Notes: generated by a model not told the origin, from the sequence alone. DNA of 64,000 nt from IMGVR_UViG_3300036853_000446:124001-188000, one strand, 5' to 3'; numbered from the stretch's first letter, positions 22,121 to 31,075 are shown. Program-made: numbers and translations.

Positions 22121-22263
22121 TCGAGATCCCTTTCCTTACCGGCGTCACCGGCGTGGTTGGGATCTCGTCTCGGCAAACCGAGCATATGGCGAATGGGCGA
22201 GACATTTAGCGGAAGCATACGAGTGCGTCCGGAGGAATCAAGTTCTGAGGTCCCGGTTCCGGT

Positions 22264-22893
22264 TCAGTGGATGAGCTTCGCGATGTCCTGCCAGGTTTCG
22301 AGTTCTGCTCTCCAACGCCCGATATCTTCTTCGGTCGTACGATTCTCGCCGTTGATGGTGATGCTGATCCCACCCGCTGCCGCCCGAGCCAAGTACTTGA
22401 GCTTCAACTTGGCGACGTCGCGGAGGATCCCGAAATCGGCCTGAGGAAAATCCTTAATAAACTCCAGGACTTCAGACTCCTTCGAATACATGCCAAGCCC
22501 TGCCCACTGAACGTGCTTCTGGGAATCGAGGTACATGACGCCCGCTAGGTCCATGTACGTGCTGGCCTTCGGCTTGTTCCATCGCCCCGTCTTCGGATTT
22601 TCCGTCTGGCTCATGAAGCGGAAGCCCTTTTTCGGCTTCATTTCGAGCCAGTACCGGATCTTGCACCGCAGCTTGAAGCTGTACGGGTAGTCGTCGACGT
22701 TGTACGCCGTCTGCTCGCTGTCGTGGCCGTAGAGCGGCGTGCCACGACTCGCCACCCTTGCTCCCGCGACGCGCTCGGCCAGACCGAGAAGCTCGCTCGC
22801 GAGTCGCTGCCGCTCGGGATGGCGAGTCTGAGCGTACGCGAGGATTTCGTGAAGCTCACGGGTCAGGTGCTCGGGGCTGGCAATTTTCTGCAT
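22264..22893 (-). CDS. KIASP-leader protein
   Basis: MQKIASPEHLTRELHEILAYAQ..PER..LA..L..LAERVA. Confidence 0.8.
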   Translation of the reverse strand: MQKIASPEHLTRELHEILAYAQTRHPERQRLASELLGLAERVAGARVASRGTPLYGHDSEQTAYNVDDYPYSFKLRCKIRYWLEMKPKKGFRFMSQTENPKTGRWNKPKASTYMDLAGVMYLDSQKHVQWAGLGMYSKESEVLEFIKDFPQADFGILRDVAKLKLKYLARAAAGGISITINGENRTTEEDIGRWRAELETWQDIAKLIH

Positions 22894-22994
22894 CGGTGAT
22901 CTCGCTCTCCTCGTAACGGAGACCATCAAACGAAAACTGCCCGGTGCTGCCTGCCCGTCCGACGAGCACGCAGGTCGACGGCACCGCTCCCAAC

Positions 22995-23324
22995 CTAAAG
23001 CAGATTTGCGCCGCTGGATGCAGCTGCCTCGACGGGATGACCTTCGAAATAGAAGGAGACCGTACCCGGCGCGTTGGATTGAATCCGAGTCAGCCCCAGG
23101 CGGAGCAGGCTCTTCATGTCGTCGCCCATCACGGAAAGGTTGTTGTTCACCTTCGCCGTGAGCATGTGAATCTGATCCTGGACGAAATATTTGTGCTCGA
23201 GAATCTTCGTTGGCGCCAGGTTGCTCACGAAACGCCCGAGGTGGCTGAGCTTTGGTGGAAGCGGATAGTCTCCGCTCCCGTAGGAATTGTCTGCTGCCGC
23301 GATGCGCTCGTAGGAGTAGGTCAT
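22995..23324 (-). CDS. hypothetical protein with YSYER leader variant
   Basis: MTYSYERIAAA; TCGTTTTATCG 13 nt upstream. Confidence 0.7.
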   Translation of the reverse strand: MTYSYERIAAADNSYGSGDYPLPPKLSHLGRFVSNLAPTKILEHKYFVQDQIHMLTAKVNNNLSVMGDDMKSLLRLGLTRIQSNAPGTVSFYFEGHPVEAAASSGANLL

Positions 23325-23347
23325 GTCCTGCAGCTCCGATAAAACGA

Positions 23348-24010
23348 TCAGTGGTAGTCGACCTTCACACCGAGGGTCGCCCATGTCTTGCGAAACATGT
23401 CCAGGCTAATGAAGCGCCGCGCCCGCTCGTGGTTATCCCGCATCCAAGCGTAGAAGGTCTGCGCGTCCCGCTTCTTCTGCGGGTGGTAAGACGTGTCTTG
23501 GAAGAAGCCCGGCTTTCCGGGCGGCCCCTCCATGGCATGGTGATCGGTGATCCGGAAATCCAAGGGAGACGACACGACTTCGATGTAGCCCTTGTCACGT
23601 TGCGGGATCCGGAACTCGAAACTCTCCCCGTTCGGCTCGACGTCGATCGCCCTCAGGTCGGTCATCTCGATGGATATCTCCGTCGGAAAGTCCACTTGAA
23701 CGTCTGTGATAAACCGACAAATCGCGTCGAACCCGCCGCGGGACCCCTCGTCTACGAAAAACCCGCCCATACGCGCAAACCACTCATCGTGTTTGCCCTG
23801 ATACGAGTACGTCAACATAACCGTCATCTCGCGGCATTTCTTCCCGCGCTTCCCGGCATCCGTCAGGTCTGTGACGCGGAGCGAGTCGCTGTACCGGTGA
23901 ACCCGCACCTGGTCGTTCTGAAAGGTCTTGCCGAGCGGCAAACTGCCGGCCGTCAGGTAACGGCGGGCAACACGGTACCGCTGGACGACGCGGGCGACGA
24001 GAGAGGCCAT
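23348..24010 (-). CDS. hypothetical protein with RVV.RY / VARRYL leader
   Basis: MASLVARVVQRYRVARRYLTAG. Confidence 0.75.
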   Translation of the reverse strand: MASLVARVVQRYRVARRYLTAGSLPLGKTFQNDQVRVHRYSDSLRVTDLTDAGKRGKKCREMTVMLTYSYQGKHDEWFARMGGFFVDEGSRGGFDAICRFITDVQVDFPTEISIEMTDLRAIDVEPNGESFEFRIPQRDKGYIEVVSSPLDFRITDHHAMEGPPGKPGFFQDTSYHPQKKRDAQTFYAWMRDNHERARRFISLDMFRKTWATLGVKVDYH

Positions 24011-24042
24011 AACGGTCATGGGACGACAATAGAAAAAATCGG

Positions 24043-24111
24043 GGCTGCGGCGGGGAATCGAACCCCTCAAACCCCCTTCACAGAGGGGCCCACTTCCAAA
24101 GTAACCGCAGC
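24043..24111 (-). tRNA. trnH: tRNA-His(GTG), shortened D-arm
   Basis: GCTGCGG/CCGCAGC acceptor, CCCCT-CT GTG AA-GGGGG, TTCGATT. Confidence 0.6.
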
Positions 24112-24121
24112 ATACACCGAG

Positions 24122-24194
24122 TCAGAGTGGGAAGACTCGAACTTCCAACCCCTTGGCCCCCAGCCAAGTGCTCTGCCAATTGAGCTACACCCTG
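24122..24194 (-). tRNA. trnP: tRNA-Pro(GGG)
   Basis: CTTGG-CT GGG GG-CCAAG. Confidence 0.9.
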
Positions 24195-24306
24195 AGAATC
24201 CCATGCAGCCGCCGTTGAAGGCCGTCTGCATGGGTGGGATCGTCGTTCTTGGGCGCGACGATCCAGCGAGCCGTACGGGGATGGACCCAAGTCCATACGG
24301 CTCTCG

Positions 24307-24391
24307 AGGAAGGCGGAGGTATCGATCCCCAGACCCTTGCGAGTCCCCTTCGTTCAGCAAACGAGGCCAGCACCTTGCTGGTTCACCTTCC
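24307..24391 (-). tRNA. trnS: tRNA-Ser(GCT), A54 T-loop
   Basis: CTCGT-TT GCT GA-ACGAA, long variable arm, ATCGATA loop. Confidence 0.75.
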
Positions 24392-24409
24392 GAATGTCCT
24401 TCACCTTCG

Positions 24410-24482
24410 CGCCCCCGGCAGGACTCGAACCTGCGTCACCGAGCTTCGGAAACTCGTGCCTCATCCACTAGGCTACGGAGGC
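24410..24482 (-). tRNA. trnR: tRNA-Arg(CCG)
   Basis: CGAGT-TT CCG AA-GCTCG. Confidence 0.9.
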
Positions 24483-24571
24483 ATTGTGAAACGAAGGATC
24501 GAACTCCGACCTCTGCATTCCAACTGAAATACGGCCCCTCCTTGCGGATCTTCTTTTGAAGAACCGCGTGC

Positions 24572-24901
24572 ATGATCCACGACTACCAGCGACGCACGTC
24601 CGGTCAGCAACGATACGATGCACTCATCAGACAAATCGTCTCCGAGGTAGACGACGTCACCGAACCGGTCAAGCGGGTTGTCACGAAACTTCCAAGGCTC
24701 ATCGACACATTGGAAGAACTGGTCGAAAACGACGACGAGCTGAGGTCAACAGATCCCCGGGGTGGCAAACGGTACGGAATCGATCAGGTTCTCACGGAAA
24801 TGCGTAAGAGGCTCGAAGCGGTCAAGGATGCAACGACCGACCTCGAATGGGCGTACGACGAGCTAAACAATCGCTTCCAAAAGAACGTCCCGCGCACCTA
24901 A
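24572..24901 (+). CDS. helical protein with HDYQRR leader
   Basis: MIHDYQRR; TCTTTTGAAG 11 nt upstream. Confidence 0.75.
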   Translation: MIHDYQRRTSGQQRYDALIRQIVSEVDDVTEPVKRVVTKLPRLIDTLEELVENDDELRSTDPRGGKRYGIDQVLTEMRKRLEAVKDATTDLEWAYDELNNRFQKNVPRT

Positions 24902-24910
24902 CCAAGTCAG

Positions 24911-24982
24911 CGTCCCCGGAAGGAGTCGAACCTTCGTCGTGCCTTTAGGAAAGGCCCACTCTATCCATTGAGCTACGGGAAC
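24911..24982 (-). tRNA. trnR: tRNA-Arg(CCT)
   Basis: GGCCT-TT CCT AA-AGGCA. Confidence 0.85.
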
Positions 24983-24988
24983 AAAGCG

Positions 24989-25075
24989 CAGAGAGCTGAG
25001 GTAACGATCCCCACACCCTTACGAGTGCCAATCCGCGTCCGACGGATGCCCGAACCTCTCGGGGGTTAACTCTCC
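24989..25075 (-). tRNA. trnS: tRNA-Ser(GGA), atypical (C33, ATCGTTA T-loop)
   Basis: ATCCG-TC GGA CG-CGGAT, long variable arm. Confidence 0.6.
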
Positions 25076-25081
25076 AAACAG

Positions 25082-25154
25082 TCTGGGCGGCCCGACTTGA
25101 ACGGGCAACCTCCGCGCCCCAAACGCGGCACTCTACCAATTGAGCTACGCCCAG
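25082..25154 (-). tRNA. trnP: tRNA-Pro(TGG)
   Basis: CCGCG-TT TGG GG-CGCGG. Confidence 0.92.
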
Positions 25155-25168
25155 ATTAAACTTCGGCC

Positions 25169-25534
25169 ATGGCTGGCGACCGATTCATCTACTTCGAAGA
25201 TCGTGTGCCGACACACGAGGAGATCCGCACAATCCTCGAGAACTACCTCGGCGGCTGTGGCACCGTCACCGAGCCCCAACCGAACTGGTGGATGATCGAC
25301 CTGCCCGGTCGCAACACCTCGACCTTCAAGGGGATCCAAGGAAGCGGGCCCGACGTCTTCACGGACCCCGACTTTGACGTGCGGTGGATCGAGGTCATCT
25401 TCCAGCGAACCGCCGGGCTCCCGCCTTCGCTCGACGTCCTGACCCGCCACGCCGACAGCTTCACGGGTGACGTCGCCAGCTCGTTGGCGCGCACGTTTGC
25501 GGCCTTCTTCCGCGGACGGCTCGAAGACACCTGA
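25169..25534 (+). CDS. hypothetical protein
   Basis: Clean ORF between tRNA and convergent gene. Confidence 0.65.
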   Translation: MAGDRFIYFEDRVPTHEEIRTILENYLGGCGTVTEPQPNWWMIDLPGRNTSTFKGIQGSGPDVFTDPDFDVRWIEVIFQRTAGLPPSLDVLTRHADSFTGDVASSLARTFAAFFRGRLEDT

Positions 25535-25606
25535 GTCAATGACTCGCCTTCCTCTCGAAAAGGAGGACCCGCTCGAGAAAGACCCGCCTGAGGAATATGT
25601 GCAGTC

Positions 25607-26140
25607 TCACTGGTTATCGTACCGGCAGCTCGCGCAATCGGAGTCGCGCGGCTCATCTTCGATGCTGCCACAGCTGCACCCCGTCCAGCGGCCATGTGAG
25701 TGTGACCGTGAACCAGATGAACCCGATGAGCCAGACGAGCCCCCCGTGCCGACAGTGAATAGCCAGACGCTACGGTCGGTCCAGATCAAACGACCCAGTG
25801 TCACCTTCGAAGTCTGACCGCTCTTCTTGCGTACCGTGACTTGGTCCCCGGGACTACCAACGCTCGTCAGCCGAACGCCCCACGATCCGTCACGCAGCTT
25901 GGCCCACGTGGCATCTTCGCCGCCTCGACCAAGCTTGGTCATCCGCCGAATCTCGGCCTCGCTCGGCTCCGGGCCCTCGACGTAAGGGCCCTTCGATGCC
26001 ACCTCGTCCTGTGCCATCAGATCGTCAGCAAGGCGCCCGAGCTTCCTTGCCAGCTTGACCCTCGACGGGCTCGACGATTGGCAATAGGCGAGAATGCTCT
26101 TCAAACCGTCCTGCAGGTGCCGTGGCGAGCGGATCTTCAT
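25607..26140 (-). CDS. KIASP-leader protein, GS-linker and Cys-rich tail
   Basis: MKIRSPRHLQDGLKSILAY..PSR..LA..L..LA; C-terminal CSCG..CASC. Confidence 0.8.
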   Translation of the reverse strand: MKIRSPRHLQDGLKSILAYCQSSSPSRVKLARKLGRLADDLMAQDEVASKGPYVEGPEPSEAEIRRMTKLGRGGEDATWAKLRDGSWGVRLTSVGSPGDQVTVRKKSGQTSKVTLGRLIWTDRSVWLFTVGTGGSSGSSGSSGSRSHSHGRWTGCSCGSIEDEPRDSDCASCRYDNQ

Positions 26141-26215
26141 AATCCATGGCGTGCATCAAAAGAAATCTCGCGGAGAGAGACCGATTTGGAAGCGGAGCAT
26201 CCGGAGATTTCGAAG

Positions 26216-26428
26216 CTAGAACAGCCACATCGAATGGGAGATGGCCAGCATCCCGCATCTCGAGCACGAGGCGGACGACATTGCGCCTCCGTCTTCGTAG
26301 ATCTCCTCCACGCCCTCCCCGTCCCAAACGTGCCCGCAGGGACCACCTTTCGAGCATTCGCAAGCGCACTTCGCGTTGCCGGCGCCGCACGAGTGGATCA
26401 GCACGGGATCTTCAGTCGAATCTGCCAT
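26216..26428 (-). CDS. small Cys-rich protein
   Basis: Seven Cys plus His; CGGTGTA 10 nt upstream. Confidence 0.6.
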   Translation of the reverse strand: MADSTEDPVLIHSCGAGNAKCACECSKGGPCGHVWDGEGVEEIYEDGGAMSSASCSRCGMLAISHSMWLF

Positions 26429-26482
26429 GTGAGGATGTACACCGCGTCCCGCCGGTAATCCATTTGTCGTTCCATACGGATC

Positions 26483-26644
26483 ATGCTCATTGCAGTCATC
26501 CCGCTGGTTTTCACAATCGTTGGCCTGCTCATGTGGGTGCTCGCCTCGAACCCCCTCATCAAAGAAGCCGGCAGAATCATCTTCTTCGCCGCCTTTCTCG
26601 CGCTGATGTTTGCGTTCTCGAGCAAGACGCTGAGCGTCGGCTAA
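26483..26644 (+). CDS. 53-aa two-TM membrane protein (below ORF-track cutoff)
   Basis: MLIAVIPLVFTIVGLLMWVLASNPLIKEAGRIIFFAAFLALMFAFSSKTLSVG; TCCATTTGTCG upstream. Confidence 0.6.
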   Translation: MLIAVIPLVFTIVGLLMWVLASNPLIKEAGRIIFFAAFLALMFAFSSKTLSVG

Positions 26645-26711
26645 CCGGGCTCTGCTGACACCGCACGCGCGCCACATCACGGGTATCGCGCAGCGGGTCG
26701 CGGAACACGAG

Positions 26712-26784
26712 TCAAGATGGGGAGACTTGAACTCCCAACCCCTCCGCCCCGAACGGAGCGCTCTGCCAATTGAGCTACATCTTG
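26712..26784 (-). tRNA. trnP: tRNA-Pro(CGG)
   Basis: CTCCG-TT CGG GG-CGGAG. Confidence 0.92.
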
Positions 26785-26785
26785 G

Positions 26786-26858
26786 CGTCCCCGGAAGGAC
26801 TCGAACCTTCAATCGCCGGTTCCGCAAACCGGTGCTCTATCCATTGAGCTACGGGGAC
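26786..26858 (-). tRNA. trnR: tRNA-Arg(GCG)
   Basis: CCGGT-TT GCG GA-ACCGG; A20 in D-loop. Confidence 0.9.
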
Positions 26859-26864
26859 AAATCG

Positions 26865-26947
26865 TGCTGTCGAGAGGACTTGAACCTCCAAGGAGTTGCC
26901 CCCACCCGTACCTCAAACGAGCGCGTCTGCCTTTCCGCCACGACAGC
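26865..26947 (-). tRNA. trnL: tRNA-Leu(GAG)
   Basis: CTCGT-TT GAG GT-ACGGG, long variable arm. Confidence 0.88.
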
Positions 26948-26978
26948 ATAAACTTTTGATTGCCCACCACCGGGCAAG

Positions 26979-27527
26979 ATGAAGATGCATGACGCCCTCC
27001 TCGAGGACCTCCTGGACCACCGGCTCAACCCTTGTTACGACAAGATCCCCGGTTCTCCCTCGTATGTCCTGATTGACGACAACGCCGTAGAGATCAAGGC
27101 CCCCGTCCGCGTGTTTGTTCCGATGACAGAGGTCACCGACGACGTCGAGGAAAGAACGCTGCTTCTGATCAAGATGGCTGCCGAGAACGGAAGCATCGGC
27201 ATCGAGTGGGATGGATCGTTTCTATCGATCCACAATCATTTCGACACCGTGCATCTACCCTTCGACGTGGTCGTAAAGAATCCTGAGACCAAGATTGATC
27301 TCCCTCCAGACATCAAATACATCAAGCACCGAGATGTGACAGCCGACCGCTTTTACTGTCTCACGCGCAGCGATTTACTCGGGCGACTTCCGCGGTGCCC
27401 CGGCACTATCGCGCACGGTCTCAAGAGCCCAGACAAGCTCGGCTTTCTGATATTTAACCCGAAAGGGATCTTGACCGTCTTCTTCGAGCCGCAAGCGAAA
27501 GCCGTCGATATTCAGGCTCAGGCGTGA
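26979..27527 (+). CDS. hypothetical protein
   Basis: Clean 182-aa ORF between tRNAs. Confidence 0.6.
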   Translation: MKMHDALLEDLLDHRLNPCYDKIPGSPSYVLIDDNAVEIKAPVRVFVPMTEVTDDVEERTLLLIKMAAENGSIGIEWDGSFLSIHNHFDTVHLPFDVVVKNPETKIDLPPDIKYIKHRDVTADRFYCLTRSDLLGRLPRCPGTIAHGLKSPDKLGFLIFNPKGILTVFFEPQAKAVDIQAQA

Positions 27528-27537
27528 GCAAGAGAGG

Positions 27538-27619
27538 CGGAAGGCGGAGGAATCGAACCACGTAGCTTTCACTACCCCCAGTTTTCAGGACTGGTTTACC
27601 ACCGCTGGCGGCGCCTTCC
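27538..27619 (-). tRNA. trnS: tRNA-Ser(TGA), C33
   Basis: CCAGT-CC TGA AA-ACTGG, long variable arm. Confidence 0.7.
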
Positions 27620-27674
27620 ATAGACTCTGTGCGCTGCATTCGTCTGCCGGAACTATTTGTCGCCCGGCATCTGT

Positions 27675-28376
27675 ATGACAGCCATACTGCGCGACAAGAC
27701 GACCGTTACGGATGTCAGGCTTGCGCGGCTTCGACAATTCGACGAGCGTTCCAAAGGCTACCCCATCCGCGACATGGTGAAAGGCAGGCTACCCCGCAGC
27801 TTTACCTGGGCCTGTTCACAGCACCTCGACCAAGGCCAAGAAGGCGCATGTGTTGGCTTCGCGCTCGCTCACGATCTCATCGCCAAGCCCGCCCCTGTCA
27901 GAGGCATCACCGCGGAGTTCGCGCGCGAGAAGATTTACTGGCAAGCGCAGCGGGACGATCAGTGGGAAGGCGGCGCTTATCCCGGTGCCACGCCCCAATA
28001 CGAGGGGACCAGCGTCCTCGACGGCGTCAAGGCCATTCAGAAACTGGGCTACATCACGGGGTACCGGTGGGCGTTTAGCCTCGACGACGTCGTCAAGACC
28101 GTCAGCCATTTCGGCCCGATGGTCCTCGGCGTCAACTGGTACGACGGGATGTTCGACACCCACTCTTGTGGGTACCTGCATCTCGCCGGTGCTCTCGCAG
28201 GCGGCCACGCGATTCTCTGCAAAGGCGTCAACATCGCCGCGCGATTCTTCATCCTTCACAACTCGTGGGGATCGAAGTGGGGCGTCAAAGGCGATGCCAA
28301 GATCTCCTGGGAGGACGTCGAGCGTCTTCTCCACGAGGGCGGCGAAGCCTGCGTCCCGGTGCGACGAGCCACTTAG
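27675..28376 (+). CDS. Papain-like (C1) cysteine peptidase
   Basis: DQGQEGACVGF, GGHAIL, HNSWG. Confidence 0.9.
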   Translation: MTAILRDKTTVTDVRLARLRQFDERSKGYPIRDMVKGRLPRSFTWACSQHLDQGQEGACVGFALAHDLIAKPAPVRGITAEFAREKIYWQAQRDDQWEGGAYPGATPQYEGTSVLDGVKAIQKLGYITGYRWAFSLDDVVKTVSHFGPMVLGVNWYDGMFDTHSCGYLHLAGALAGGHAILCKGVNIAARFFILHNSWGSKWGVKGDAKISWEDVERLLHEGGEACVPVRRAT

Positions 28377-28450
28377 TACAGGGCGCCGGATTCGAACCGC
28401 GCCACCACGGCGCTGTCATCGCCAGCCAGTCTCTAGACTGGATGCCCTGC
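28377..28450 (-). tRNA. Atypical tRNA-Val(GAC)-like
   Basis: GCAGGGC/GCCCTGT acceptor, TGGCG-AT GAC AG-CGCCG, palindromic D-arm CCAGTCT-AG-AGACTGG. Confidence 0.5.
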
Positions 28451-28456
28451 AAGAAG

Positions 28457-28531
28457 CGCCCCCGGGAGGATTCGAACCCCCAACCTTGGCGATAGAAGCG
28501 CCTTGCTCGATCCAAATTGAGCTACGAGGGC
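28457..28531 (-). tRNA. trnR: tRNA-Arg(TCT)
   Basis: AGGCG-CT TCT AT-CGCCA. Confidence 0.87.
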
Positions 28532-28540
28532 AGATCGATT

Positions 28541-28990
28541 CTACGGCACGGTCACGCAGCGCACCTCGAGGCGCGCCTCATCAAACATCGCCTTTGCGGT
28601 TCGAAAGCCCTCCCCCCAGACCGGGTCGTCAAAATCAGGAGGGCTCGTGACGAGCGCCTTGATCCCGACCTGAACGATACCTCGCGCGCAGTCCACGCAC
28701 GGGAACAGCGTCGAGACGTACAGGGTGCAACCGTCGAGGCTCACGCCAACCCGCGCCGCGTTAAAAATGGCGTTACGCTCGGCGTGCTCAGTCCAGGCGT
28801 ACTTGGCAGGTCGCTCGTGCCGAGCCTCGACGGTGTCGTCGATGCCTCGCGGGAAGCCGTTATAGCCCGTCGCGCGCACCTCCTGATGGGGCCCGACGAC
28901 AACGCAGCCGACCTGCCTCGAGCGATCCTTGCTCCACCCAGCCAGCTGCTGGGCAAGCGCCATGAACTTGCGGTCCCAATTCGGGGTCAC
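28541..28990 (-). CDS. dCMP deaminase
   Basis: SKD..VGC, GYNGFP, HAERNAI, PCVDC. Confidence 0.93.
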   Translation of the reverse strand: MTPNWDRKFMALAQQLAGWSKDRSRQVGCVVVGPHQEVRATGYNGFPRGIDDTVEARHERPAKYAWTEHAERNAIFNAARVGVSLDGCTLYVSTLFPCVDCARGIVQVGIKALVTSPPDFDDPVWGEGFRTAKAMFDEARLEVRCVTVP

Positions 28991-29014
28991 GGGACCTGTT
29001 ACACCGGCGCATCG

Positions 29015-29422
29015 TCAGATTTCGAGTTTCAGCTCCACGACCCCGAGCGCCCGCTGGGCCTCCTCAAAGACCGCCTTCACATCGGAGGTGGGGCCCTTCA
29101 ACTCGAAGTCGATATTGCATCGGCAGACGAAACGCCCTTCGATTGTACTGAACATCGGCTCCGATTTCGAGACCACGCGATGCCGATGTGACATCAACCC
29201 CAGGGTGAGAAACATTCCCGACAGCTCGTGAACGTCGTTCGAGACAAACCGCAACGTGTCCGAACAGGATTGAATGTTGCCCTGAACGGTGCCGGCCGCG
29301 GAGACCTCGAGCAAGTACCGGTCAGGACCCAACTTTTTGATGGTGAGTTCGTACGGGTCGAAACTGTTCCCGACCATCGCCAGCTTCCGGCTTGCTACCC
29401 TTCTGGCGATGTGACTCGTCAC
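29015..29422 (-). CDS. hypothetical protein with RRVASR leader
   Basis: MTSHIARRVASRKLA; TCTCTTGTGC 14 nt upstream. Confidence 0.7.
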   Translation of the reverse strand: MTSHIARRVASRKLAMVGNSFDPYELTIKKLGPDRYLLEVSAAGTVQGNIQSCSDTLRFVSNDVHELSGMFLTLGLMSHRHRVVSKSEPMFSTIEGRFVCRCNIDFELKGPTSDVKAVFEEAQRALGVVELKLEI

Positions 29423-29472
29423 GTGGGTAGACGCGGCACAAGAGAATCCTCAACGCGAATGTTTAAGAGGAG

Positions 29473-29543
29473 TGCCCCGGGCCCGAGTCGAACGGGCGCC
29501 TCTCGATTTTCGGACGAGTGCTCTACCACTGAGCTACCGAGGC
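29473..29543 (-). tRNA. trnF: tRNA-Phe(GAA), C33
   Basis: CTCGT-CC GAA AA-TCGAG. Confidence 0.88.
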
Positions 29544-29600
29544 CTTCTGCTTCGGATGCGACCGCCGAAGCTCGGCGAGATCTGACGCGAGCAAGAACGG

Positions 29601-29685
29601 TGGCTTCAGGAGGGACTCGAACCCTCAACGTCACGATGGACTCCGGATTTTGAATCCGGCGCGTCTGCCATTCCGCCACTGAGCC
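29601..29685 (-). tRNA. trnL: tRNA-Leu(CAA)
   Basis: CCGGA-TT CAA AA-TCCGG. Confidence 0.9.
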
Positions 29686-29718
29686 AAAACTATCGATTAA
29701 CGGTGTAACCAACACCCG

Positions 29719-30177
29719 ATGCCCATCAGCGACGACCTCCGCCAAGCCATGTCTGAAGGCAGGCTGGGTCGCGAGCACATCGTCTTCATAAATCCAGAAG
29801 ACTTCCGCCAACTGAGGACGGAGCTGATCGCTTTCGACGAAACGCCGGACAGAGCCACGATCTACGGATTCGAGGTCTTCGCTACCACCCTTCAAGATCG
29901 GGGGAGCATCCGCATCATTGAGCGGGCCGTCTTTGCTCCGATGACGCCCCTGAGAATGCCTCTGACGTCACCTCCCAGCATTGTCGTCCATCCCTCAAAC
30001 GTCGATGCATTACACACATCGGTCGACGGCTTCCGTCTGCCGATCGGCATCCTCACATCGGGCGCCTTTTCGAGCCCGATCTTCATCCCGGGCAGCGACC
30101 TCGGCGAGGTGCTCGTCGCCAAGGCAACGCCGGACCCGAAAACCCTCTGGGAGCTGCTCGATGAAGACGACGAGTGA
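29719..30177 (+). CDS. hypothetical protein
   Basis: CGGTGTA 12 nt upstream. Confidence 0.65.
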   Translation: MPISDDLRQAMSEGRLGREHIVFINPEDFRQLRTELIAFDETPDRATIYGFEVFATTLQDRGSIRIIERAVFAPMTPLRMPLTSPPSIVVHPSNVDALHTSVDGFRLPIGILTSGAFSSPIFIPGSDLGEVLVAKATPDPKTLWELLDEDDE

Positions 30178-30183
30178 ACAGAG

Positions 30184-30257
30184 TACGGGACCAGGGGCTC
30201 GAACCCTGAACCTTCGGTTTGTAGGACCGACGCTCGAACCAATTGAGCTAGCCCCGC
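30184..30257 (-). tRNA. trnV: tRNA-Val(TAC), C33
   Basis: TCGGT-CC TAC AA-ACCGA. Confidence 0.88.
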
Positions 30258-30265
30258 GTATAAAG

Positions 30266-30350
30266 TGCTCAGGAGAGGACTCGAACCTCCACGTCTCTAG
30301 GACACCGTCTTCTGAGAACGGCGCGTCTCGCCAAATTCCGCCACCTGAGC
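30266..30350 (-). tRNA. trnL: tRNA-Leu(CAG)
   Basis: CCGTT-CT CAG AA-GACGG. Confidence 0.9.
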
Positions 30351-30372
30351 ATTTCAAAAACAAAGAACGGCG

Positions 30373-30443
30373 TCGCGACGGGGGGATCTCGAACCCCAAC
30401 GCAGCAAAGGTTTATGGAGCCCACTGTTCCCTGAATCGTCGCG
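30373..30443 (-). pseudogene. Degenerate tRNA (CAT-like)
   Basis: Perfect CGCGACG/CGTCGCG acceptor and T-arm, but poor D and anticodon stems. Confidence 0.5.
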
Positions 30444-30453
30444 TTTTTGGGCA

Positions 30454-30528
30454 GAGCCCCCGGTCGGAATCGAACCGACGACTTCTCGCTTACAGGGCGA
30501 GCGCTCTTACCAGCTGAGCTAAAGGAGC
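30454..30528 (-). tRNA. trnT: tRNA-Thr(TGT), C33
   Basis: CTCGC-CC TGT AA-GCGAG. Confidence 0.87.
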
Positions 30529-30534
30529 ATGAAG

Positions 30535-30610
30535 AAGCGGGCCCAGGGAGTCGAACCGCTGGTGTCTTCGGGTTATGGGCCCGATGTAGAAGCCGTTTTA
30601 CGCGCCCGCT
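30535..30610 (-). tRNA. trnM: tRNA-Met(CAT), initiator-like, C33
   Basis: TCGGG-CC CAT AA-CCCGA (three G-C pairs); atypical D-arm. Confidence 0.65.
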
Positions 30611-30612
30611 AG

Positions 30613-30685
30613 AGCCGACAGCCAGAGTTGAACTGGCCTGGTCCTACTTACGAAGTAGGTGCATTCCCACGATTGCTATGTCGGC
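30613..30685 (-). tRNA. trnT: tRNA-Thr(CGT)
   Basis: CCTAC-TT CGT AA-GTAGG. Confidence 0.85.
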
Positions 30686-30691
30686 ATGTTT

Positions 30692-30767
30692 TGGAGCGAA
30701 CGAGGGGACTCGAACCCCCAACATCCACCTCGGCAAGGTGGCACTCTACCAGTTGAGTTACGTTCGC
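30692..30767 (-). tRNA. trnG: tRNA-Gly(GCC), encoded CCA
   Basis: CCACC-TT GCC GA-GGTGG. Confidence 0.93.
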
Positions 30768-30774
30768 AGAATCT

Positions 30775-31053
30775 TTAGTGGGCAGCCTCGATGCCCCCGA
30801 GCGCCCGCTCAAAGAGACTCTGGTAGCGGCGAAACAGCCCAGCGATGTCTTGGCAGTCGCTGTCAAACGACTTCGCCTCCTCAGGCAGCTCGACCTGCAT
30901 CCGAGTCTTCATCTCCTCGGCTTCGCCCGGCGCGAGGCCAGCATCCTCGATCAGGTGAAAGTCGTTGCAGCCAGGGTTGGCGAACTCGTCGCCGGCCCAG
31001 TCGAGCAGAACGACGAGCACTTTGAGGTCTGAAAGCTCGAGGTTGATTTGCAT
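30775..31053 (-). CDS. acidic hypothetical protein
   Basis: CGGTGTA 10 nt upstream. Confidence 0.65.
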   Translation of the reverse strand: MQINLELSDLKVLVVLLDWAGDEFANPGCNDFHLIEDAGLAPGEAEEMKTRMQVELPEEAKSFDSDCQDIAGLFRRYQSLFERALGGIEAAH

Positions 31054-31075
31054 CCCGAGCCATACACCGACGAGC

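Noticed and set aside
23252-24559. 435-aa plus-strand ORF
   Set aside because: Antisense to a real gene and four tRNAs; no motifs
27538-27619. Selenocysteine or opal-suppressor tRNA
   Set aside because: Anticodon is TGA (Ser), not TCA; no extended Sec acceptor stem
16258-30305. Mobile repeat shared by Leu(TAG) and Leu(CAG)
   Set aside because: The ~31-bp identity is confined to the tRNA variable and T-arms and is explained by paralogy or gene conversion
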